Below, piece after piece: positions 18,707-29,782 of a DNA stretch of 64,000 nt; position 1 is the first letter of the stretch, and each line of letters starts with the position of its first letter. The position numbers and the translations under genes are program-made. The notes below the pieces were generated by a model, which made no database searches, had not been told where the DNA came from, and saw only the letters and a program-made list of their open reading frames with translations. The DNA comes from a virus, in IMG/VR virus record IMGVR_UViG_3300008448_000002, positions 32,001-96,000 of that record, one strand, 5' to 3'.

Positions 18707-21220
18707 TTAAAGTTTTTTTGCTATTTTATCAATGATGTTATCGCTCATGTCTCCGCCGAGTACTATATCAGATTCTTGTGATAGGTTTTGTATAATATTC
18801 AACTTATTAACGGGTATTTTCTTAATTTTGCCACCTTTTGTTTTAACAAAGGCACTATTATCTTTTTGACCCAGATAACAAACTGTGTATAAATTATTGT
18901 TGTATGCTATCTTAATCATGTCGTTGTTTTTTGGTGTGTCATCTGATTCTGTAATTTTTTTAGAATTAGATGAGAAATCACCGTTGTTAGTAACAGCAGA
19001 TTTTATATGTAAAGAATCGAATACCACATATGTATCTGTGTTTACTGTTTTTTTTGAATTATTATAGTCATCAAGAACATTTTTAATAATTACACCATCA
19101 TGTGAACTACTTATTGCTTTTTCGATTACATCAGTTGTTTTTCCAATAGCTTGTACTTCTCTCCAATACTTACCATCTCCTTGAACAATTAATGGATTTT
19201 CAATCTTTAAATAACATTGAATTATAGCCGGTTCTGCGTTTTGATAATCAAAAGCTCTCCTATCATCAGCATAAGTAGAAGCTGTTTTTCGATGTTTCGC
19301 AAACCAAAACGCGCCAACACCTTTTTTCTCTCCATATCTATCTTGTACACTCATGAAGATGGGAGATGCTTTCATAAATCTAGCATCAGGTGAACCATGA
19401 TATAATACCAATGGTCTTGCTTGGTTGTCGATTGCTTTCGATTCTCCAAACCAATTCCAGAAATTAATAATTCCTTCAATTGTAGGATATATTAATTCAT
19501 TTTCACTATTTTTCGTTTGTCTTTGTTTTCCATTAACTTCAATGGTGTAGGGTATTTCAATAACATCTTCATTTAGGTTTTTAATGGATTTAATTTGGTT
19601 TTTATCAAACACACAGTATATTCCAGCATTATCTACTTCAAATCTTCCTAATTTTTCCTTAGAAGGATATTGTATAATTGAATCATACTGTTGTTTATCA
19701 CTAGATTTAATATTGGTTGTAGATTTTACTATTTTAGGCGCATATACTTTTAAATAAGCCGTCTTAATATTTGAGCCATGAAATTTGGCATATTGTTCAT
19801 CATCGGTAAACCAAAAACCAATTTTTGATACTGAACCATGATTTTTTCCAAGATGCGATTCATCAAAATCTTCAAACTCATAATCAGTGCCATGATAAAC
19901 TACTAAAGGTCTACCTTCTTTATCAACCATTTTGCTATCATTAAACCATTTATAAAAGTTTACTATTGCTTGTTCTGTGTTGGCAATATATTCTCCTTTG
20001 CTATTTCTCGTAGGTCTTTGTTTGCCACCAACATTAATAGTTTCTGGTATTTCTTCACTCTCGTTTAATTTATCTACTGTGTAATCACCACTTTTATGCT
20101 GTGTGCCACCCAAAGATTTATATATAGAGGGAACTTGTTTTTTATTACTTCTTTGTTCATTTTCTCCACCAATTCCTTTATATTGCTTAGATATAAATTG
20201 TAGAGCTATTTCGTATAGTTTCTTTCCGAAACCTTTATTTCTGTGTTTCGGGTCAATTTGTACATTATAAACAGTTAAATATCCTCTTGTATCTGATGTT
20301 CTTCCTTCTGTTAGTAATAAATACCCAACTTTTTTATCTTTATACCAGAGTGTCACATACTTACAGTTATCTATTGAATCAACGGCAATATAGTAATCAC
20401 CGCTTTCATATACAATATTTTTTCCATGTTCATCTTGTTTAATCAACTTATAGTTTTCATTAACAATGTATTTTTCATTAAACCAACTCTCAAATATTTG
20501 TTCTTCTTCTAATGGTTTATCTTTTTTTAATACTTCATTGTTATATATTTCTATCAATTTTTCAGAGAATAGTTTTTCAAAATTATTTAATGTTTTGTTA
20601 TTGATTATCTTCGCGGCAATACCTTTTACAAATGTTTTAAATAGAGTATTCTTTATTTGCGCTCTGTCATTAGAGAAATATGTTATATTATCAATCTTAT
20701 TAGGATTTGATGCCGTATGATACTTATTGTACTTTAATTTACCAGATAATACATTTTCAATAAGTTTAGCAAATCCTAATACTTCATCTTTATATACTAT
20801 TTCCTCTTCATCATCTGGTTTACCATATATTTTTTCATAATATTCTTTGGCAAAGTCTATATATTTACTATCTCCAAATGATTCTTTTAAATCGAATAAG
20901 AAGTCCTTCGGTTTTAATTGCTTATTAAACTTTTTTATATCAAATAACATGTTATATTTTACAGCTACTTTTTTCAAGGTATCTATAATATCTTTAAATT
21001 CTTTTAAACTATCATTTCCACTCAGTGATACGTCAACGGATGAATTAATACCATAATCACCTATTGATACCATCATTCCACTATTTTGACAATATATTTT
21101 ACTGGCTTCTCTTGGTTTTGAAACCTTGTCACCCTGTTGATTGAATAAAGTGAGTTTTTCACCATATCCTTTTAAAATGTTAAATACTTCTTCTGTGAGT
21201 TTTTCAATTGTGGTCGCCAT
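18707..21220 (-). CDS. Polyvalent protein: N-terminal domain + GNAT + two ART-PolyVal-like ADP-ribosyltransferase domains
   Basis: GNAT motif A VQIDPKHRNKGFGKKLYE; two repeats of NFY/WxWFxxSK..D..xRPLVxYHG[TS]...GxFWF. Confidence 0.7.
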   Translation of the reverse strand: MATTIEKLTEEVFNILKGYGEKLTLFNQQGDKVSKPREASKIYCQNSGMMVSIGDYGINSSVDVSLSGNDSLKEFKDIIDTLKKVAVKYNMLFDIKKFNKQLKPKDFLFDLKESFGDSKYIDFAKEYYEKIYGKPDDEEEIVYKDEVLGFAKLIENVLSGKLKYNKYHTASNPNKIDNITYFSNDRAQIKNTLFKTFVKGIAAKIINNKTLNNFEKLFSEKLIEIYNNEVLKKDKPLEEEQIFESWFNEKYIVNENYKLIKQDEHGKNIVYESGDYYIAVDSIDNCKYVTLWYKDKKVGYLLLTEGRTSDTRGYLTVYNVQIDPKHRNKGFGKKLYEIALQFISKQYKGIGGENEQRSNKKQVPSIYKSLGGTQHKSGDYTVDKLNESEEIPETINVGGKQRPTRNSKGEYIANTEQAIVNFYKWFNDSKMVDKEGRPLVVYHGTDYEFEDFDESHLGKNHGSVSKIGFWFTDDEQYAKFHGSNIKTAYLKVYAPKIVKSTTNIKSSDKQQYDSIIQYPSKEKLGRFEVDNAGIYCVFDKNQIKSIKNLNEDVIEIPYTIEVNGKQRQTKNSENELIYPTIEGIINFWNWFGESKAIDNQARPLVLYHGSPDARFMKASPIFMSVQDRYGEKKGVGAFWFAKHRKTASTYADDRRAFDYQNAEPAIIQCYLKIENPLIVQGDGKYWREVQAIGKTTDVIEKAISSSHDGVIIKNVLDDYNNSKKTVNTDTYVVFDSLHIKSAVTNNGDFSSNSKKITESDDTPKNNDMIKIAYNNNLYTVCYLGQKDNSAFVKTKGGKIKKIPVNKLNIIQNLSQESDIVLGGDMSDNIIDKIAKKL

Positions 21221-21233
21221 ACATATTATTTAT

Positions 21234-21269
21234 AAAAAAATCCCTGTAAAACTTAATCTACAGGGATTT
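21234..21269. terminator. Repeated hairpin terminator, copy 1
   Basis: AAATCCCTGTA-N10-TACAGGGATTT, abutting a minus-strand TATAAATA. Confidence 0.75.
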
Positions 21270-21291
21270 CAAGAATGATTAATTATAGATA

Positions 21292-21615
21292 TTATTTAAT
21301 AAACTTTACTATTGATGAGATAGCAACACCAACTACTTCATCAAAGGCATCCTGTAGTTCAACATCCATTTTACGATACTTATCATCACTAATTAATTGA
21401 AGAAGTGCCCCTTTTACTTCTTTTTTAGCAATATTAATATATTCTGAATTATCTACTTTAATGTTCTCGCCTTCTTTTTCAACTAAAGATTGTAATGCCA
21501 TTTTCTTTTCCTCTGATATGTCTTGTTTCTGGATATATTCAGATAATGTCATAGATTTTTTATTTGTCAAGGGATTATTTTCAGATTCATTGATTATATT
21601 AATTAGGTCGCGCAT
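21292..21615 (-). CDS. MRDLINIINESE-leader protein, paralogue 1
   Basis: N-terminal ~45 aa nearly identical to 23903..24301; C-terminus unrelated. Confidence 0.75.
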   Translation of the reverse strand: MRDLINIINESENNPLTNKKSMTLSEYIQKQDISEEKKMALQSLVEKEGENIKVDNSEYINIAKKEVKGALLQLISDDKYRKMDVELQDAFDEVVGVAISSIVKFIK

Positions 21616-21637
21616 TTTTATATTTCTCCATATTATA
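21479..21637. repeat. Direct repeat A1 (RBS region plus 5' coding part)
   Basis: Near-identical to 24161..24323. Confidence 0.85.
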
Positions 21638-21654
21638 CTATTATTTATGAGAAA

Positions 21655-23250
<1,596 letters not shown>

Positions 23251-23280
23251 CTATTTAGTATTTTGAATACTAAACATACT

Positions 23281-23802
23281 TTATTTTGTTAAGTAAGCGG
23301 CGTATTCATCCATCAAACTGATTTTTTTATGATTATAGATAGCATGTAGGGCGGCAAACGCATCTGTGTTATCATTTTCAAGCATTTTTACAAATGTTTT
23401 TCCGAGTAAAATCACTTCATCATATGAAATGACATCAAACCCATCGGTTTTTACTTTTTTAAGAATCTCTGCTATATCATCAGAAGATTTTTCATTAGGA
23501 TTTTTTAATAGTTGGATTGAATCTTCGCTAACTTCTCCATCCATTAACGGATTATCACCATAATTATTTGTAATATTATTCTTTAATGTAGTACCTTTAA
23601 CCAACGGCTTAATACTATATTCATCATTATTGCTGTTTTTGTATTCAACCATGCCATAATCAAAATCTGTTTCATCTTCTCCCAACGCTACAACAGACGT
23701 AGGTTGACATGTTGTACAGGCTTTTACACCAGAAAGATTAAGTATTTGACTTAATTCATCGGTGCTGTCAGAAAAAATACTTACGTTAAAATTGGTTGCC
23801 AT
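23281..23802 (-). CDS. Hypothetical late protein
   Basis: 173-aa ORF with GGAG RBS and late promoter upstream. Confidence 0.65.
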   Translation of the reverse strand: MATNFNVSIFSDSTDELSQILNLSGVKACTTCQPTSVVALGEDETDFDYGMVEYKNSNNDEYSIKPLVKGTTLKNNITNNYGDNPLMDGEVSEDSIQLLKNPNEKSSDDIAEILKKVKTDGFDVISYDEVILLGKTFVKMLENDNTDAFAALHAIYNHKKISLMDEYAAYLTK

Positions 23803-23844
23803 TTAAATTATTCTCCATATTATATAAGTATTTATACAGAAAAT

Positions 23845-23880
23845 AAAAAATCCCTGTAAAACTTAATTTACAGGGATTTT
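23845..23880. terminator. Repeated hairpin terminator, copy 2
   Basis: Nearly identical to copy 1 at 21234. Confidence 0.75.
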
Positions 23881-23902
23881 AAGAATGTATTGTAAAATTA
23901 TT

Positions 23903-24301
23903 TTAAATAATTGTTTCTATTAATTTCAACTCAGGAACATAAATCTCTATTTCTTTGTGTTCATTTCGTAATTTTGAAAATGTATCTATTTTTACTACGT
24001 TATTTCCTTCATTTGTTGCTACCCTTAATACATTTGTACTTTTATACAATATAACAGATTTAGGAATAGAAACGCCTTTTATGTTTAATAGGGTATCGCC
24101 TATTTTTCTATCTTCATTTGTTTCAAAAACACTTTTAATCATTGCTTCGTCAGAAGATGCTTCAACTAAAGATTGTAATTTCATTTTCTTTTCCTCTGAT
24201 AAATTATCTTGTTTGTTAATGTATTCAGATAATGTCATAGATTTTTTATTTGTCAAGGGATTATTTTCAGATTCATTGATTATATTAATTAGGTCACGCA
24301 T
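23903..24301 (-). CDS. MRDLINIINESE-leader protein, paralogue 2
   Basis: Shares its leader with 21292..21615; different C-terminus. Confidence 0.75.
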   Translation of the reverse strand: MRDLINIINESENNPLTNKKSMTLSEYINKQDNLSEEKKMKLQSLVEASSDEAMIKSVFETNEDRKIGDTLLNIKGVSIPKSVILYKSTNVLRVATNEGNNVVKIDTFSKLRNEHKEIEIYVPELKLIETII

Positions 24302-24323
24302 TTTTATATTTCTCCATATTATA
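24161..24323. repeat. Direct repeat A2
   Basis: Near-identical to 21479..21637. Confidence 0.85.
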
Positions 24324-24330
24324 TAAGTAT

Positions 24331-26355
24331 TTATGAGAAATTAAGTCTCGCTGTACCGTACATGTTTGTACCATCGCTTATAAAATCAATTATATCAATG
24401 GCATTGATAGCAGTGCTCAAGGTTGGGGGTGTTCCACCTGCCCATTTATATGCCGTATCAAATGTCAAGAGTCTTGTTCCAACACCATCTTGTTTTACTA
24501 TAATTGTATATTTTCCACCATTTATCATGTTTGTTGGATTATCAAGCGTTCTATCTCCACCAAGAGTAACAGTTGTGACTTGATTACTATCTAAGTTCCA
24601 CGCTATATTAGCTCCATCGGTCAATGTTGATGTTCCAAATACTTGCTGTCTTGTATAAGTTGTTACCGTATTAGAAAAAACAGCATCAGTTGAATATGCT
24701 TGTACGTTTGTTCCGATTTCCAATCCAAGGTTTGTTCTAGCAGAAGATATTGAAGATACATCAGATAAGTTATTTGATGCCAATAATCCAGTAAAAGAAC
24801 CATTCGCTATTGTTGTTATTCTTCCTTTTGAGTCAACTGTTACACTAGGATTGGTATAGCTACCAGCAACACCAGAAATAACAGATAAATCGACTGCTAT
24901 GCTTCCCGATGTTGTTATTGGTCCACCAGAAATTGAAATATCACCAGAGCTTGTTAAATTAACACTTGTAACTGTTCCAACGGTATTTGATGAAATAGCA
25001 GTTATTCTTCCTGTTGAATCAACAGTTAAACTTGGATATGAATAGTTTCCCGCAGTAACCGCCGTGTTATTCAAAGTTACGGTTACTGTACCACTGGATG
25101 TTATGGGACTACCACTGGCAGATAACCCATTACTACCAACAATCGAAATACTAGATACTGTTCCGCCTGTATTTGATGATATTGAAGATATTCTCCCTGT
25201 AGCATCAACTGTTAATGTTGGATAAAAATATGTTCCCGATGTAACGCCCGTTGTTGCCAATGCCAATGTACCAGTAGAAGTAATTGTTCCGCCAGTCAGC
25301 CCACTTCCCGCCGTAATACTTGTAACTGTTCCAACTGTATTTGTAGTAATAGCAGTTATTCTACCTTTAGCATCAACTGTTAATGTAGGATATGAATAAT
25401 TTCCCGCTGTTATTCCCGTGTCAGGTAATGAGATAGTCCCCGCTGTTGTTATTGTTCCTCCGCTTAATCCGCCTCCCGCAGTAATACTTGTAACTGTTCC
25501 TGGTGTGGTAGAAGATATACTTGTAATTCTTCCTGTTGCGTCTACGGTCAATGTAGGAGTGGTGTAACTTCCTGCCGTTACTCCAGTAGTTGATAATGCT
25601 ATTGTGCCACTAGAGGTGATTGTGCCGCCTGTTAGACCTGTTCCTGCTATTAATTGTACAATTACATTTTTGGGTTTCCATAGACTTTGTGTGTTATTCC
25701 ATATTAATGCTTGGTCGTTTGTTGGACTTAAATTATCTACATTACCAAGACTTTGTAATAGAATATTACTTGGAACAACATCAAAATTAATTCTATCATT
25801 CACAGTGTCTAGGGCAATAGATAATTTATTACTATTAGGATTAAGTTTATATAAATTGGCATTTCTAGTGGCAATATTTTTAAATACTCCAACACCAGAA
25901 GTACCGATATTAGTGATTGTATCAACTGAGGATAATTGTGATGTATCAAAATTGAATAAAATATTACCTGAATTTTCAGAAATTGTTAATGATGGTGTTA
26001 CAGATTTTATTGTTTTAAATGTTATTTCATTATTGGTGATTGTCGAAAATATAGAAAATCCATCGCTTGCCAAGTTTCTACCACTTACAACAGCATCCCC
26101 AAGAGTGGGGGCATTTATTGTTAATGTATCGGTTGACCTATTAATGGTGATACCATTACCACCTTTAAGTGTTCTAAATTGGGCATTTCCACTATTATCT
26201 CTACCAATATAAATTGGTTCACCTGTTCCTGTGTTGACTATTTTAAATTGGTCGATTATACCTACGCCAGTTTGGGCAACATTACTCGTATTAGTATCTG
26301 TTTTAATTACTAATGTTCCGCCTTCACTAATTCTAATCTTTGAAGAGTCAGCCAT
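24331..26355 (-). CDS. Tail fibre-like protein with Gly/Thr-rich repeats
   Basis: About five repeats of GTVTSITAGxGLxGGTITxxGTIAL..TGVTAGxYxxPTLTVDxxGRITxI; C-terminal module QDGVGTRLLTF...WAGGTPPTLST. Confidence 0.75.
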   Translation of the reverse strand: MADSSKIRISEGGTLVIKTDTNTSNVAQTGVGIIDQFKIVNTGTGEPIYIGRDNSGNAQFRTLKGGNGITINRSTDTLTINAPTLGDAVVSGRNLASDGFSIFSTITNNEITFKTIKSVTPSLTISENSGNILFNFDTSQLSSVDTITNIGTSGVGVFKNIATRNANLYKLNPNSNKLSIALDTVNDRINFDVVPSNILLQSLGNVDNLSPTNDQALIWNNTQSLWKPKNVIVQLIAGTGLTGGTITSSGTIALSTTGVTAGSYTTPTLTVDATGRITSISSTTPGTVTSITAGGGLSGGTITTAGTISLPDTGITAGNYSYPTLTVDAKGRITAITTNTVGTVTSITAGSGLTGGTITSTGTLALATTGVTSGTYFYPTLTVDATGRISSISSNTGGTVSSISIVGSNGLSASGSPITSSGTVTVTLNNTAVTAGNYSYPSLTVDSTGRITAISSNTVGTVTSVNLTSSGDISISGGPITTSGSIAVDLSVISGVAGSYTNPSVTVDSKGRITTIANGSFTGLLASNNLSDVSSISSARTNLGLEIGTNVQAYSTDAVFSNTVTTYTRQQVFGTSTLTDGANIAWNLDSNQVTTVTLGGDRTLDNPTNMINGGKYTIIVKQDGVGTRLLTFDTAYKWAGGTPPTLSTAINAIDIIDFISDGTNMYGTARLNFS

Positions 26356-27134
26356 TATTTACCTTTTGGTTTCTTTACAACATCAATTTTATTCGTATTA
26401 TAGTCGCTGTATTTTTTTGTAACAATTACTGTATTTCCATCTTCATCTTTAAACTTTCTGGTGACAGCTTTAATTTTATTATCTATAAAGTTTCCATACT
26501 TACCAACCTTGTCATTATATAATTCAACTTTTTTAGACTTTTCTGGAGATACCGCTTTAGGCGTATCAATATCTTTGTTGAAATCTTCACTTTGTTCCGT
26601 TGGTGTATAATTACTTCTTTTTGTTGTGATATAAGATAATTTATTAAGCAATTTCTTATTGTATTCGTTACCATAGTATTCTGAAGTATCGGTTTTTGTT
26701 TCTTCATCATATTCAGGGGTTGTATCCATCAAAGAGGTATCTTTAAGGTTTTTGTCTTTTTTTACCTTTTCAATTTCTTCATTTGCTTTTTTTACAAAAT
26801 TTTCATAATCCAACGGCTCGCTTATATCTCTTACAATCAAATATGACTTTGGTAATTTAAGTAAATTAGTTAATTCTTGTTCAAAAATAGTCGGATTTAA
26901 TGGTAATTGCGTTGTAACATCAATAATTGTTACCTCAACATTCATAAATTGAGTAAAATCAATAGGGTTGTTTTGTATGATTGTTACAGTAGGTGTGCCA
27001 AAAAATACACAATCATATTTTGTTAATGCGGCATCAATTCTGTCAATCATTTTATCTGTTAGATTAGTAACAGTTTTAATGCGATATTTATATGTTCTTA
27101 CATTATCTTTAAGATAGTCTTTTAGTTTTTTCAT
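26355..27134 (-). CDS. Hypothetical late (probably virion) protein
   Basis: 259-aa ORF with late promoter upstream, among structural genes. Confidence 0.65.
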   Translation of the reverse strand: MKKLKDYLKDNVRTYKYRIKTVTNLTDKMIDRIDAALTKYDCVFFGTPTVTIIQNNPIDFTQFMNVEVTIIDVTTQLPLNPTIFEQELTNLLKLPKSYLIVRDISEPLDYENFVKKANEEIEKVKKDKNLKDTSLMDTTPEYDEETKTDTSEYYGNEYNKKLLNKLSYITTKRSNYTPTEQSEDFNKDIDTPKAVSPEKSKKVELYNDKVGKYGNFIDNKIKAVTRKFKDEDGNTVIVTKKYSDYNTNKIDVVKKPKGK

Positions 27135-27172
27135 GGGGAATCCTCAACAGTATACTATTATTTATGATTTTA

Positions 27173-27592
27173 TTAAACAAAAATTTGGTCACGAGTCATT
27201 ATTCTAAATACCATGCCTTGTTTGGTACAAAATGCTTTTGCCGCTTTCCATTTAGCCATATTTACAATTAATGCTATTTTATCTTTCTTAGTCTTTGCTT
27301 CTTTTAAGCTCGCCTGTTGTATAGGCTTAATTTCAATCATTTCTGCTTTTTTATTATTATTCTTATCAACATAATAGATGATGAAATCGGGAATATAAAA
27401 ACTCATTTTTAAGGTTACAGGATTGTAATAAGGTATTTGTACAGGTTCGCTTGCCCACTGAATGATATTAGGATGTTGGTCACACACCATACAAAATCTC
27501 AATTCCCAACTACTTCTATAGTAGGGTAATTTTTTCCCTACATATTTATCGGCATTCTTTGGTGTAAAAGTTCCTTGTTGAAATCTTGACAT
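27173..27592 (-). CDS. gp4: Head completion nuclease, T4 gp4-like
   Basis: YRSSWELRF...CD...WASEP..IPY...YIPDF...EIKP...NMAKWKAA. Confidence 0.88.
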   Translation of the reverse strand: MSRFQQGTFTPKNADKYVGKKLPYYRSSWELRFCMVCDQHPNIIQWASEPVQIPYYNPVTLKMSFYIPDFIIYYVDKNNNKKAEMIEIKPIQQASLKEAKTKKDKIALIVNMAKWKAAKAFCTKQGMVFRIMTRDQIFV

Positions 27593-27600
27593 ATACTTCC

Positions 27601-28953
27601 TTAAACATCAAACAAAATACTACCAATAACATTATTAGTTGATTGATTTTTTGAAAAGCCCAATTGAGAATTGGGAGAGCGAGTATTGTTAATTATATTA
27701 TATCCTGAATTAGTAAAAGTTGTTTGACTACCAGATTTAACTACATAATCAGGAACAGAATTACCATTTCTTTGTGCCGCCGAGGACAATGACGAAGCTA
27801 AAAATCCACCAGAATTACCATTAGATACTCCCAAACCAGTATCAAAAATACTAGGGTCAAATGTAGTTGCCGAAGGTGTTCTACTACCATTTCCAAAAAA
27901 ACTATTAGTTGCCGCATTATTTCTTACGGCATCATTTCCTGTGTATGAACCATTGGTTGTATTGTCGCCAAAATCAAAATTACCAAATGAACTAATTGAC
28001 CCTCTTCTACTGCTATTAATTGAGTTTAAGGGTGTTAAATTATTATTTGTTTCATAAAATCCATTATTAATATCGGGTGTTTCAAAAAGGTCAGTTCCAC
28101 CAAAAATGGCTTTTTTTACATCATTAACATCAGATTTAAACTGATTAAAGAAACTACCTGTAGTTCTTTCATAGTTTTCTGGTTCATAATACTGTCCTAA
28201 ATCAAGTCCTGCCTCTGTTGCTATCCATGAATACTCTGGGTCATTGATGCTTCTACCAGTCTCTTTAAAGACAAGTCCTTCGTAGTTAAAAGTTATATTA
28301 ATTTCAGAGGTTGATGTTCCATCACTATAATCTAAAGAATCGGGATTATACTCGGTTATTTTCGGATTTACAACATCAATTCTATTAAACTTATTTCCAT
28401 AGAATTGATATATTTCTATTCTTGAAAAGAAATAACCAGAACTGGCTGTATCATCATTAGTTTTCTTTGGGTCATATCCCCAATATCCCTGTGGTACTTT
28501 TAATTGTCCACTAATTATATCATTTGCCCAATCCGAGTCACCAGTTGCTCTAGCATCGCCATAATAAAAAGAGTAATAATCAGTGAATAGTGCCTGTACA
28601 CTGTTTTCTATAGTATCATGGAATTTTATTGTTATAGGACTGTATTTTACTTTTGTTTGTACCAATCTTTTTCTATTGTATTGATTTAACTCGTCAACAT
28701 CAAAACTTATTCGGGGTTTATCAATAGATTTTACAAAATATCCAACAATTCTCGACCAATCTACGTTAGTTTCTTTTGCCGCACTACCATTAAAGGTTGT
28801 TCCTCTAAAAAATCTTACATAGAATAAAAAATTGTTTTTTGGAACGGCAACAAATGAGCTACCACCTAAACCAAATAATTTAGATGCCGTTTGTGAATCT
28901 CTAATAATTAGAGGCGTTCCATCACTAGTATTGCTATATGAACCCCGTGCCAT
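27601..28953 (-). CDS. Tail-tube-fold baseplate/tube initiator-like protein
   Basis: N-terminus resembles the gp19 fold (SIDKPRISF...QYNRKRLVQTKVKYSPITIKFHD); adjacent to gp19. Confidence 0.6.
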   Translation of the reverse strand: MARGSYSNTSDGTPLIIRDSQTASKLFGLGGSSFVAVPKNNFLFYVRFFRGTTFNGSAAKETNVDWSRIVGYFVKSIDKPRISFDVDELNQYNRKRLVQTKVKYSPITIKFHDTIENSVQALFTDYYSFYYGDARATGDSDWANDIISGQLKVPQGYWGYDPKKTNDDTASSGYFFSRIEIYQFYGNKFNRIDVVNPKITEYNPDSLDYSDGTSTSEINITFNYEGLVFKETGRSINDPEYSWIATEAGLDLGQYYEPENYERTTGSFFNQFKSDVNDVKKAIFGGTDLFETPDINNGFYETNNNLTPLNSINSSRRGSISSFGNFDFGDNTTNGSYTGNDAVRNNAATNSFFGNGSRTPSATTFDPSIFDTGLGVSNGNSGGFLASSLSSAAQRNGNSVPDYVVKSGSQTTFTNSGYNIINNTRSPNSQLGFSKNQSTNNVIGSILFDV

Positions 28954-28964
28954 TTAAACCTTTA

Positions 28965-29552
28965 CTAGCCGACTGTCTGACCACCAATCAATTGTGGTAA
29001 TTGTGTCATCAATCCGTCAGCCTGTGTCGCGTTATCATAACGAATTGTTATATCAATCATTTGTTGGTCACTGGCAGAATAATCCATTGAACCATAACTA
29101 ATAGATGTCAAGAAACATCCTTCGAGAACCCATGATTCCAATACAGCATCATTACCGCCATCTAATACCTCAATAAATGTGGTAAACTTATAGTTAATAC
29201 CAGAAGCAAATGATGTTTGTTCAAAATGGTTTAATTGTTTCTGGTTTTGATGTCCAACCAATCTCGAAATGTTGTTTGTAATATCATCTCTTAAACCAAC
29301 AGAAATTGTATTCCATTCGTGCTTACCTTGAATGTAGGCAGTAGAGTTATAAGAATGTAGAGATATTTCTTGAAAAGAAACGGTTGGTTTATCGCAAGTT
29401 ACAACTTGTTGTGTTAATTCTAATCCGCCAGCTATTGGTCCAAAGTTAATAAATCTTACACGGAAGCGATACTTAAGTTTTGGGGATAACAACCCGCCTC
29501 TTCCGCCGCCATTTTGTAATGGTACTCCAAACTTCGATAATGTATTTGCCAT
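28965..29552 (-). CDS. gp19: Tail tube protein, T4 gp19-like
   Basis: PKLKYRFRVRF, GKHEWNTI...RDD, WVLEGCF, LTIRYDNA-like end. Confidence 0.85.
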   Translation of the reverse strand: MANTLSKFGVPLQNGGGRGGLLSPKLKYRFRVRFINFGPIAGGLELTQQVVTCDKPTVSFQEISLHSYNSTAYIQGKHEWNTISVGLRDDITNNISRLVGHQNQKQLNHFEQTSFASGINYKFTTFIEVLDGGNDAVLESWVLEGCFLTSISYGSMDYSASDQQMIDITIRYDNATQADGLMTQLPQLIGGQTVG

Positions 29553-29622
29553 GTATATAATTCTCCTAAACAGTATACAACTATTTATAAGAATTATATT
29601 ATTTTTCTGTATGAGAAAATAA

Positions 29623-29753
29623 ACTTGCTATTCCTGTCTATTCAGGAACTTCTATCACTTTATGAATGCCCAGTTCACGCCTTTCGTTATGGTCAGACAA
29701 CCTCCTAGTCACCAGCAATAGAATTATAGGTTCAGGATTTCTCCTTCGCAAGC
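29623..29753 (-). ncRNA. Candidate ~131-nt structured small RNA
   Basis: Minus-strand TTGACA-N17-TATTAT promoter (29789-29761) puts the start at ~29753; ends pair (GCUUGC/GCAAGU); three internal helices, with G-U pairs valid only on the minus strand. Confidence 0.5.
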
Positions 29754-29782
29754 ATAAATAATAATATACTACTTTAACAGGA

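Noticed and set aside
25604-26212. 202-aa plus-strand ORF and similar antisense ORFs over the sheath, terminase and S8 genes
   Set aside because: Antisense to well-supported genes, with no RBS, promoter or recognisable motifs; expected from codon bias
29660-29700. c-di-GMP-I riboswitch or hammerhead in the small RNA candidate
   Set aside because: A GAAA-capped hairpin is present, but the GGCAAA/GACGCAAAGCC and CUGAUGA cores are not
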